NCBI GenBank assembly: GCA_964016885.1
Contig: OZ024765.1
Location: forward strand, 4,154,001 to 4,218,000
DNA: 64,000 nt
Reading direction: 5' to 3'
DNA from: Eledone cirrhosa
Lineage: Eukaryota
The notes below the pieces were generated by a model, which was not told the origin of the DNA, ran no database searches, and worked only from the letters and a program-made list of their open reading frames with translations. The translations under genes and the position numbers were made by a program. This document shows, in pieces, positions 53,593-64,000 of the stretch (position 1 is the first letter of the stretch; each line of letters begins with the position of its first letter).

Positions 53593-53939
53593 GGAGGCAC
53601 ATGGCTTAGTGGTTAGAGCATTGGCCTTGCAATCGAAAGGTTGTGAGTTCAATTCTCAGACCGAGTGATGTGTTGTTTCCTTGAGCAAGAGACTTTATTT
53701 CACATTGCTCCAGTTTACTCAGCTGTAGAAATGAGATGATAGGGACTGGGGTCCCTATCATTCCACTGTAAAGTGGTCGTGGAGGTGCTACGGCAAAAAA
53801 AAGCACCCAGCACTCACTGTAAATGAGGTTGGTGTTAGGAAGGGCATCCAGCTGTAGAAATCAAGCCAGAATTAGTTCCCGTCCCACCCTTGCAAGCAGG
53901 GAGAAGCGGACGGAAAATGAAATGAATGATGATGATGAT
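53593..53939 (+). mobile_element. SINE family A, full length
   Basis: As other family A copies. Confidence 0.92.
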
Positions 53940-55356
53940 ATATATATATATGACAGTTTTTCTGTACAGTCAGCAGTTTCCATCAACCTAATTCTCCTCA
54001 CAAGCCTATTGGTCATCGTATGCCTATTGTAGAAGAGACTTGAACACTTGACCGGGGTGTCCTGCTCTTAGGATTGTACCCGGAACAACCTGGTGGAAAA
54101 GTTAACTTGTTAACCACACAGCCATGACAGTAACCATAGAAACATTTCTGTAATGATGTAATCAAGAAGATAATTACATTTGGAGAGAATACAAATGTGA
54201 GGGTGGGAGCGAGTAGTCGGTGTGATGGTGGGTGGGTGTGGGGAGAGTAGTGGGTGGGTGTGGGGAGAGGGTGGGGTGGCAGAGGAGAGGGTGGGTGGAG
54301 AAAGGGAGGAAATGAGAGAGGAGGGGAAGGAGGGAGAAAGAGTGGAGGTGGAAGGAGGGGTGGGAAGGGAACAAGAAAAGGGGGGAAATCAAAGAGAGAG
54401 ATGAGGGGAAAGAGAGAGAGGGAGAGATGAGGGGGAAGAGAAAGGGATGAGGTGACAGAGAGAGAGAGAGTGATCAAATGAGAGAGAGAGAGGAGGTGAA
54501 AGAGAGAGAGTGAATGGACAGAGAGAGTAAAGGGGAAAGGAGGAGGGCAAAGGGGAGAGAGATAGGGGAGGAGGGCAAAGGGGGAAAGAAAGGGAGTGAG
54601 ATAGAGGGGAAATACAGGGGGAGAAATAGGGGAAAATGGAAATTATTTTGAGGGTGTGGTCCTATTTAATAGTTAAATGAGTCAATTAGAGGCCTCGTTA
54701 AATGAGTCAAGAATTTGGCACAAATCTGTAAATATTTGATTTGTGGAGTATTTGGAAGACATTTACAAAGTCCTGGCCAGGAAATAATGGAGTCTGTCGG
54801 AAAAATATACGACTTTATTATTTTCCTTGTGGGAAGTAATAACGTTAGGGAGACAAAAGCGTGTAAAGTCATCTACATTTATGTATATGTTTGTGACTGA
54901 GTGTATGTGTGAGTGTGTGTGTGAGTGTATATGTGTGTGATTGTGCAATTGTGTATATGTGGGGGTGGATGGGGGAGAGAGAGGGGGAGAAGGGGAGAGA
55001 GATCTGACTTTATTTTTCCCTGTGGGAAAGAATGATGTTAGGGAGGCAAAGGTGTGTAGAGTGGAGTAACATACATTGTTGTGGCTTTTGGCAAGCTCCC
55101 TGCATGTGTCAGTCATTGTCAGGCAGCCACCATGTGAGGTGTTGTATTTCTTACTTACTCATCACATTTTCATTTCACCTGATACGGTCAACAAAGATCC
55201 TGAGTAATGAGGTTAGGGTGACAAAATGTTTACAGACTGGAGCTCCATACATTCATACACATGTGTGGTTCTTAGCAACCTTCCTACATGTGTCAGTCAC
55301 TGTTGCACATGTGTTGCATTACTTACATACTTGTCATATTCTATTCTCATTTTCAC

Positions 55357-56370
55357 CTGATACGGTCAACAAAGATCCTGAGTTCCTGAATACCTTGATG
55401 ACTGGAGATGAGATGTGGGTGTACAGGTGTGACCCAGAAACCAAAGCTAAGTCATCACAGGGGGGGAGGGGAACATCTAATGTCACCATGTCCCCCAAAA
55501 AAACATGTCAGGTGTGGAGCAAAATCAAGGTGATGCTGACTGTTTTCATTCAACTACTGAGGTGTTGTGTATCAGAAATACATGCCAGGGGGACCAACAG
55601 TTTCAAAGGATTACTGTCAGGAAGTCCTCCAATGTCTTCAAGATCTAGTTTGGGGAAAGAGATAGGAGCTGTGGACCTCACAAAACTGGCAGCAGCATCA
55701 GGACTGTAGAAGGACTAAATAGTTACAAAGGATTACTGCCAGGAAGTCTTGCAATGTCTTTAAGATGTAGTTTGGGGTAAGAAACCAGATCTGTGGACCT
55801 TACAAAACTGGAAGCTGCATTATGACACCAGAAGCACCAACAGTTTCAAAGGATTACTGTCAGGAAGTCTTGCAATGTCTTCAAGATGTAGTTTGGGGTA
55901 AGAAACCAGATCTGTGGACCTTACAAAACTGGAAGCTGCATTATGACACCAGAAGCACCAACAGTTTCAAAGGATTACTGTCAGGAAGTCTTGCAATGTC
56001 TTCAAGATGTAGTTTGGGGTAAGAAACCAGATCTGTGGACCTTACAAAACTGGAAGCTGCATTATGACACCAGAAGCACCAACAGTTTCAAAGGATTACT
56101 GTCAGAAAGTACTTCAATAACTTCATGATGTACCGTATTTGCTGGCGTCGAAGATGCTACTTTTTTTCCCTAAAATATCTACCATGCGTCCTGGAGGCCG
56201 AAGGTTATTATTTCTTTTCAAATTTTTGGTTGTCAAAATTAGGGTGCATTCTCGAGGATGAAGCGTCTTTGACACCAGAAAATACGGTAGTTTAGGGCAA
56301 AGGACTAGATCTGTAGGCCTCACAAATCCATCAGCTACATCATGACAACACCCTGGTTAATTCATTGCAG
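55357..56370 (+). pseudogene. mariner transposase remnant with 121-bp internal tandem array
   Basis: DPEFLNTLMTGDEMWVY..DPETK..S, SKIKVMLTVF, YCQEVLQ.L.D.V..KKPDLW..WKLHYD and a final HHDN, matching the mariner DDD domain region. Confidence 0.9.
56133..56287. mobile_element. pogo/Tc2-like MITE nested in the mariner remnant
   Basis: TA|CCGTATTT..AAATACGG|TA; the host sequence gatgTAgttt is restored on removal. Confidence 0.85.
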
Positions 56371-56489
56371 TGGATATTAAATCTAGGGTCGAATACTTTT
56401 ACGACAAATCTTGTATTTTTCTAAATTCTTTAGACTAGATTATGGCTAAATTTAATTGGACAGATTTCTATGTAATTCCCATAGAACAA

Positions 56490-57020
56490 TTACCAATGTG
56501 TAAAGAGGGAGGGCTGGTGGTAGTGGTGGTGTGGGAGGTGTTAGTGTTGGTTGGAGGGTGATGGTAGTGGGAGGTGTTAGCCTTGGCTGGAGGATGGTTG
56601 TGGTGGGAGGTGTTAGTGTTGGTTTGGGATGGCGGTAGTTGTAATGGTGGTGGTTTGTAGTGGTCGTTATCATGGTGGTGGTGGTGGTTGTGTGATGGTG
56701 GTGGTGGTGGTAGTTGTGCTGATGGTGGTGGTAGGTGTGATGGTAATGGTAGTTGTGGTAGTAGTGATGGTGGTGGTTGTGGTAGTAGTGATGGTGGTGG
56801 TGGTAGTGGTAGTTGTGGTTGTAGTGATGGTGGTGGTGATGGTAGTAATTGTGATGGTGGTGGTGGTGGTAGTGGTAGTTGTGGTAGTGGTAGTTGTGGT
56901 GGTGGTGGTAGTAATTGTGATGGTGGCGGTGGTGGTGTTAGTGGTAGTTGTGGTGGTGGTGGTGTTAGTGGTAGTTGTGGTGGTGGTGGTGGTAGTGGTA
57001 GTTGTGGTAGTAGTGATGAT
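56490..57020. repeat. (TGG/TAG/TTG)n tract
   Basis: Trinucleotide array. Confidence 0.92.
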
Positions 57021-57224
57021 GGTAGAAGCAATCAGTGGTTCTGATTTTAATGATTCCTCGTTAGTGTTGGCAATTATATTAAACAGAATTATTTCTGAGC
57101 CAAAATAATTGTATTTTAACAATGAGAGTTTAGAAATAAACTGTTATTGCAGTTTCTTTCACAACTTTTGAATGTTTCCAGCAAACTTCTCTGCTTTGGT
57201 GTGACTTGTCATTTCTTAAATGAA

Positions 57225-57857
57225 TTAAGAGAGAGAGACTAAGCATTCTTGTGACGCTAAACTCCGCCAGTTGTAGACTGACTGTACATCAACATATGAT
57301 ATCTCTCTCCACAAAGTTCCATCACCAACAGCAGAGTTTAAAGAGCAAAGATCAAGTCCAATCCATGAATTGACATTATCAAGCCCTAGTTTTGGCTGCC
57401 GGCCTCTGCTTCTCTTACCAGCCAACCTTCCTTCCAGGCAGAACATTACTCACACCACAAGTTGATCTTTTTATATGACCATATAGTTTGAGTACTCTTG
57501 ACTTGACAATTGATGTAATTGTTTAGTAATGTTGAGCAGTTCACTGATACAGATACGGTCGCTGAACCGCTTGCCAGTCATAAGTTTCATGATGTGGTTC
57601 TGGAATGTAGAGAGCTTCTGAAGTGACCTTGTCCTCGTCCAATTAACACAGTCAAGACCATATAACACAACTGGTAGGATGTAAGTATCGAAGATCTTAG
57701 CCTTCAAATGATAGGAAACTTGTTTTGATGTTAGTACTTCCTTGTTCCTGTTGAAAGCTGCCCAACCGAGAGCGATACGATACTGGACAGCGACCATTCC
57801 ATTGTTGTTTGATGATAGTTTGTGACCGAGATATAAAAACTCCCTAACTTGAGCAAT
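57225..57857 (-). pseudogene. RTE LINE 3' fragment (third family)
   Basis: FLYLGH, RIALGWAAF, KAKIFDTYILPVVLYG, EGRLAGKRSRGRQ. Confidence 0.85.
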
Positions 57858-57860
57858 TTA

Positions 57861-58285
57861 TTGGTTGGAGATTGGAATCAAAGAGGAATCAAATGTTGTG
57901 TGCAGGAGAGGAGGTGCGTTGGTACGGACATGTGATGTGTATGAAGGATGACAGCTGTATAAAAAGGTGCAGAGTGTTAAAAGTCGATGGAAACCTTGGA
58001 GTGGGGAGACACAAGAAGACCTGGGATGGGGGTGATAAAAGCTGACCTTGCCCAATTGCACCTCTCAAAGGTGACGACACAGGACTGAGATCTCCTCCTC
58101 CTCGAAAAGAAACTTCCAGCGTTTGGATGTAACTAACCCTTTCATTGGGTACAGAGTGCGACACTGCATGGCATTGAGACATGAGCAGTGACTGCAGAAG
58201 ATATGTGATGGCTGGAAAGAAAATGAAGTGAAGATGCTTTGATGGATGTGCAATGTTTATGTGTGAGAATGACAAAACATGGATT
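57861..58285 (+). pseudogene. RTE LINE fragments in permuted order
   Basis: The WYGHV..KKTW segment (57861-58085) precedes the LHG.ETW..ML.WMC segment (~58145-58285). Confidence 0.75.
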
Positions 58286-58289
58286 CATA

Positions 58290-58482
58290 TAGGGTCCCTA
58301 TCATTCCACTGTAAAGTGGACGTGGAGGTGCCACGGAAAAAAAGCACCCAGCACTCACTGTAAATGAGGTTGGTGTTAGGAAGGGCATCCAGCTGTAGAA
58401 ATCAAGCCAGAATCAGTTCCCGTCCCACCCTTGCAAGCAGGGAAAAGCGGACGTAAAATGATGATGATGAAATGATGATGAT
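58290..58482 (+). mobile_element. SINE family A, 5'-truncated
   Basis: Starts at the internal hairpin gtccctatcatt. Confidence 0.88.
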
Positions 58483-58621
58483 ATATATATATAATATATA
58501 TAAATATATACATATATATATATATATACATACACATATATACATATATATACACACATATATATATATATACATATATATACACACATATATATATATA
58601 CATATATATACATATATAAAC

Positions 58622-58658
<37 letters not shown>

Positions 58659-58680
58659 TAAACATATACACATATATATA

Positions 58681-58828
58681 ACGGCGATGAATTAGTTTTG
58701 CGAGGTTTTTTATATGAAATCGTGTGTCGAAACAAATATTGTTATACTTGGGGAGGGTCATATTTGTGTAATATTGCCAGAATTAATAACAGAACACACT
58801 CACTGTTTGGTTGGTTTTCGCTTGATTT

Positions 58829-58832
<4 letters not shown>
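58681..58832 (-). mobile_element. P1-related tail fragment in (TA)n
   Basis: cgtgtgtcgaaac..atattgttatacttgggagggtcat matches 731-770. Confidence 0.6.
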
Positions 58833-58863
<31 letters not shown>

Positions 58864-59820
58864 TATACATATATATACACACACATATATATATATATAC
58901 ACATATATATACAGATATATATACATATATAAACATATACATATATATATATATATACACATATATATATATATATACATATATATACACATATATATAT
59001 AGATATATATACATATATAAACATATACATATATATATACATACATACATATAAACTATATACCCCCCACTCTCAAGCGTGAACCTAATCCCTAACACAT
59101 TTCGTAACTATACTCCTTGTTCTTGTCATTTACTTTTCCAATATATATATAAAGAGAGAGATAGAGATTCTTTTTTACTAAATTTCCAATTATATTATTC
59201 TTCTAGATTTAATAATTAACTAATTAATTTAATTAGACAATTCTGTTGATTGGTTAATTATTTGTGTTTGTTTTATAACATCTAGTCAAGAGCTTATCAT
59301 GATGATTAGCGGAAATTAAAATATTTCCTTTGTCTAACATTTTGAATGACTCGCCAAAAACCGGGGGTTATTTCCCTTGCTGGAATTAACACGTGGCAGC
59401 TATAGATACGATACGCTGCATCTAGCGGCAACATTTAGCCTATCACCCCGTCCTGGGTAGAACGAAAACCTGTTGAAGAACTGAATCCTCTGTTAGATCA
59501 TGAATACCACGAGCTTGCCAGTCACGTAAGTCTGATATTTGATTTCGGATTCAAAGAAACACTTTAAACTTATAATCGTTTGATTTGTCCAGGTGTATTT
59601 TTCTCAACCTGTTAGTTCTATCGTTACTTTGGTATATTATTGTGTGTTAGATTTTGCCTACCACAATGTTCGATTTGTCAAGCTATTTAAACGTATGTTA
59701 TTACTCTAAGGACCTAACTTATCGAGTGCTTTGCTAACTCATCATTTCATATAAGTAGGCCGAATTTGCTTGCAAACCGCCAGAGATTCGATTTTACTAA
59801 ATTTCTAATTATATATATAT

Positions 59821-60147
59821 ATATATAAAAGAGAAAATTGAGAGTGTGTAACACTCAACTTATCAGATAGGCAGTATATGGTTAGCTCAATGTCTGAAGA
59901 CAATTAACAACAAAGAGCGCTTAGAACATAGGTATATCTTTAATTTTATCTTGTACATGAACAATACTTTAAATTCCTCCCACCTTATGATATCCCCACA
60001 TTATATTCTTCTGTTTTGGATTTGTTAATGCTTCTATACTCCGTATCTACTCTTTAAGCTCTGAAGAGTCCCACTTTTAGTGTGGACGAAACATTGTCAG
60101 CAATTAAAGATATACCTATGTTCTAAGCGCTCTTTGTTGTTAATTGT
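59821..60147 (+). mobile_element. PLE-like insert with inverted terminal segment, family P10
   Basis: 59900-59945 is the reverse complement of 60102-60147; the left copy has an ~80-nt tail with acactcaac. Confidence 0.8.
60051..60110 (+). ncRNA. Type I hammerhead ribozyme (P10)
   Basis: TCTTTAA-GCT-CTGAAGA-GTCC-CAC tttta GTG-t-GGAC-GAA-AC att GT-C-AGC-aa-TTAAAGA; canonical GUC site. Confidence 0.88.
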
Positions 60148-60228
60148 ATATATATATATATATATACATTTAGGTTTGTTTGTTCACTATTGGATAGAAC
60201 TGGTCATTCTGTATAGTCAACCTTGATG

Positions 60229-60262
<34 letters not shown>

Positions 60263-60394
60263 TTAGGTTTGTTTGTTCACTATTGGATAGAACTGGTCAT
60301 TCTGTATAGTCAACCTTGATGTAATATATATATATATATATATATATACTTTATTATACGTACTTAAACACCATAGTACCTTTGAAATATATAT

Positions 60395-60441
60395 ATTCCT
60401 GATGATTTCTAAGGAATGAAACAGTTCTAGTCCTGTAGAAT
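60395..60441 (+). ncRNA. Stand-alone P2 hammerhead ribozyme between (TA)n tracts
   Basis: ATTC-CTGATGA-tTTC taag GAAt-GAA-ACAG ttctagtc CTGT-A-GAAT. Confidence 0.7.
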
Positions 60442-60470
60442 CTCATCTATATATATATATATATATATAT

Positions 60471-60670
60471 AAATGAAGTGTTTCCGTAGTAAAGGTAAAG
60501 GAAAAGAGAGTGCTCTATGTAGGCTACAGAGCTTTTTAGTTATGTAATAAACAACATAAGATAGTTAATTCATTTACCAAAGGTTTCTTGAAGACAGACG
60601 AGCTTATGTCTGCCTTCAAGAAACCTTTGGTAAATGAATTAATTATCTTATGTTGTTTATTACAGAACTA
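60471..60670. mobile_element. Fold-back PLE-like insert, family P11
   Basis: Inverted repeat 60537-60670, ~65-nt tail; arms carry GAA-ACC ttt GGT-A (HHR 3' half). Confidence 0.7.
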
Positions 60671-60877
60671 TATAAATATAAAGTATACCCTTGGGTATCA
60701 CATGATATCCAGGTAAGGAAGATTCCTGTAAAATTTTAAAAATCACTTTATGTAACTTTCTAACTTAATTAGTTTTAAATTCATCATGGCTCTCAAACAA
60801 CTAATTAATTAATTCTATCTTCGTTTGTTTCTAAGGTCTCTCAATCAACATTATATATGTATCGTTTGTTGGCTTAG

Positions 60878-60964
60878 GAGTGTCGTTAGCGATAGCGAAG
60901 ATTAGAAGACCTAATTAGTTTTGTTGTTGTTGTTGTTGTTGTGAGCTGCTGAAGATAATGTCAG
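60878..60964 (+). CDS. Candidate exon ending in a start codon (ATG TCA G)
   Basis: ttggcttag acceptor, ataATG at 60958, CAG|GTAAGC donor. Confidence 0.25.
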
Positions 60965-60969
60965 GTAAG

Positions 60970-61347
60970 CAGTTGTTGTTGTTGGTGTTGGTGTTGTTAT
61001 TGTAGGGGTTGTTGTTGGTGGTGCTGTTGTAGGTGTTGTTGGCGTTGTAGATGTTGTTGTTTGTGTTGTTGTTGTTGTTGTAGATGTGTTGGTGTTGTTG
61101 TTGTTGGTGGTGGTGGTGGTGGTGTTGTAGATGTTATTGTTGTTGTTGGTGTTGTTGTTGTAGTTGTTGGTGTGTTATATGTGTTGGTGTTGTTGTTGTT
61201 GGTGGTGGTGGTGTTGTTTTTGTTGTTGGCGTTGTTGTATGTGTTGTTGTTGTTGGTGGTGGTGTTGTAGATGTTATTGTTGTTGTTGTTGTTGTTGGTG
61301 TTATTGTTGTTGTTGTTGTTGTAGTTGTTGGTGGTGTTGTTGTTGTA
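60970..61347. repeat. (TTG/TGG)n tract
   Basis: Trinucleotide array. Confidence 0.92.
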
Positions 61348-61380
61348 ACTCAAAGCAATATTAGGTAAGCATTATCTCAC

Positions 61381-61533
61381 ACATTCTGAGTTCAAATCCT
61401 GCAAAGGTGTTAACTTTGCCTTTCATCCTTATGAGGTTGATAAAATAAAGTACCAGTAATACACTGGAGTCGATTTAATCGACCCCCCCCCCTCCCAACA
61501 AAATTGTTGGCCTTGTGCCTAAATCAGAAACTT
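61381..61533 (+). mobile_element. SINE family B, 5'-truncated
   Basis: Body and tail. Confidence 0.8.
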
Positions 61534-61749
61534 TTAGTGTGTATTTTTGTGTCTGAGTTTGCACGTTTATATTTATATACTCATACATATAAATGTATGT
61601 ATACACACACATATATATATACACATATACATCAGCGTATGGAAAAAAAATTCTTGTACTAGATACTTCCACTAATCTGTCATGTCTTACTAGCTCTATA
61701 CGGATGTTTAAATTGATTAAATAAAGAAATAATTATATTTTATTTACAG

Positions 61750-61801
61750 ATTCTGTTAAATTTAGTTTGCGATTTAATATAAATTCATTGACGGATCTAA
61801 T
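61750..61801 (+). CDS. Candidate 52-nt exon
   Basis: tattttatttacag|..|gtaagt; only phase 1 is open, giving (D)SVKFSLRFNINSLTDL, compatible with the 60964 donor. Confidence 0.3.
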
Positions 61802-61834
61802 GTAAGTTGATATTTTTTAAAAGGTTTTTATTGC

Positions 61835-62590
61835 CCACAAACCAGCCACCCCACAAAACCACAACACCATAAATCCAGAAGCACGCAAATCCACAAGCCC
61901 TCAAAACCACAAATGAGCCAGCCCACAAACCAGCCTATAAACCAACCAACCCACAAAACCACAACACCATAAACCCAGTAACATGCAAAACCACAAACGA
62001 ACCAGCCCAACCACAACACCACAAGCCCACAAAGCAGCCATAAAACCAATTTATAAACACACAAACCCACAAGACCACAAAGCCACAACACCATAAACCC
62101 AGAAGCACACAAACCCAAAAGGACACAAGACCACAAACAAGCCAGCCCAACCAGCCCACAAACAAACAACAACACCACAAGCACACAAAGCAGCCACAAA
62201 ACTAACCTGCCAGCCCACAAACCAGCCTATAAACCAACCAACAAAACGACAACACCATAAACCCAGAAGCACACAAGCCCACAGAGCAGCCATAAAACTA
62301 ACTTACAAACACACAAACCCACAAGGCCACAAAACCACAAACAAGCCAGCCCACAAACAAACAAACCGATCAATACTACAAGCCCACAAAGCAGCCATAA
62401 AACCAACTTACAAACACACAAACAAACCAACCAACCAACCAACAAAACCACAACACCATAATCCGAGAAGTACACAAGCCCATATACAAAGCAACCCAAC
62501 CAGCCCACAAACAAACCGATCAACACCACAAAGACACAACGCTATAAACACACAAAGACACAACAACACAGACCTACAAATCAATAAACC
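61835..62590. repeat. Degenerate C/A-rich minisatellite
   Basis: Recurring ccacaacaccataaacccagaagcacac and aaagcagccataaaacc blocks. Confidence 0.85.
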
Positions 62591-63072
62591 TAGAAACCCA
62601 ACTAAAGAGCAGAGAAACTATAGACAGACAATATATTCATTGAAAGTCCATGATGAATTCAAAATTGAAATAAATTTCAAAATGTATTTAGAAGCTTCTA
62701 GATAGCTTTCAAAATAATGAACACAATACTTATGAAGAGGAAATTATACTTCTGGCAAATCTGCATGCTGTGTAGTATTAATGTTTATTGGTTAAGTTTT
62801 AGCGCTTGTTCGTGTGAAGTTTGAGAGATGTAACCTCACGAAACATCGTCTAATACCAATCTTTTCCTCTCCAAAGTCATTACTAATTTGAATTTATTTC
62901 AGTATGAAATATGAAATATGTAAATATCTGACTCTTGTTGTATATTTAATAATATACACTCATGTTTATTATATATATATATTTATATATGTGTATGTGT
63001 ATATATATATATATGTTTGTGTGTGTACATATATATATATGTACATATATATATATATGTATATATATATAT

Positions 63073-63105
<33 letters not shown>

Positions 63106-63342
63106 GTACATATATATATATGTACCCATGTGTGTGGGTGTCTTATGGGAGAAGGATTGAGGGGTCACTGTTACTGACATAAGCATTATTAGATGTGTGT
63201 GTACATGTACATCATCTTGTATATATATATGTATATGTAAATGTGTGGGGGTGGCAGATGTATTGATGTATGTGTATGTGTATGTATATGTAAGTGTGTG
63301 CATATGTATGTATGTATGGGTGTAGAAATGAGTGTGATTATG

Positions 63343-63492
<150 letters not shown>

Positions 63493-63723
63493 GACACACT
63501 TATTTCTACATAATATATCCACTCACTCACACACACACACATACATATATACATATACATCAATATATATGCACGCATACGGTCATACGCATGCACACAT
63601 ACATTAATATATTTGACACACACACACATATATATCATCATCATCATCATCTTCGTTTAACGTCCATTTTCCACGCTAGCATGGGTTAGACGGTGTATAT
63701 ATATATATATATACATCATCATC

Positions 63724-63754
<31 letters not shown>

Positions 63755-63837
63755 TATACATATCATATATACATCAATTTATCTGCCACACTCACACACA
63801 CACATATATACGCACACACACACATATATATACACAC

Positions 63838-63904
<67 letters not shown>

Positions 63905-64000
63905 TACATATATATATATATACATATACATACATCAATTTATCTGCCTTAAACATGAACACACACACACATATATATATACACACACATACATATATAT

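Noticed and set aside
62692-62785. Possible next plus-strand exon (KLLDSFQNNEHNTYEEE)
   Set aside because: The best acceptor is phase-incompatible with the 61801 donor; the alternative acceptor is weak.

Overview
Eukaryotic, AT-rich, repeat-dominated animal DNA, probably intronic or intergenic. The (TA)n/(CA)n density, two tRNA-headed SINE families and RTE LINEs fit a coleoid cephalopod such as Octopus; this is inference, not a database match. Most supplied ORFs are microsatellite translations. Supported content includes RTE and CR1 fragments (one 1.2-kb RTE ORF with a PHD finger inside its RT), about 25 SINE copies and a mariner transposase remnant. It also includes piggyBac-, pogo/Tc2- and Tc1-like MITEs, Helitron-like elements, many minisatellites and weak candidate host exons. 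The main signal is not in the ORF track: about 16 intact or decayed type I hammerhead ribozyme (HHR) motifs from roughly nine sequence-distinct families. Most lie in short, asymmetric fold-back inserts within (TA)n tracts, resembling extremely truncated Penelope-like element (PLE) termini. Several families fold back at a recurrent point in or beside the ribozyme, two inserts carry head-to-head complete HHRs, and several families share a TTGAGTRY tail motif. All structures were paired by eye; repeat boundaries are approximate.
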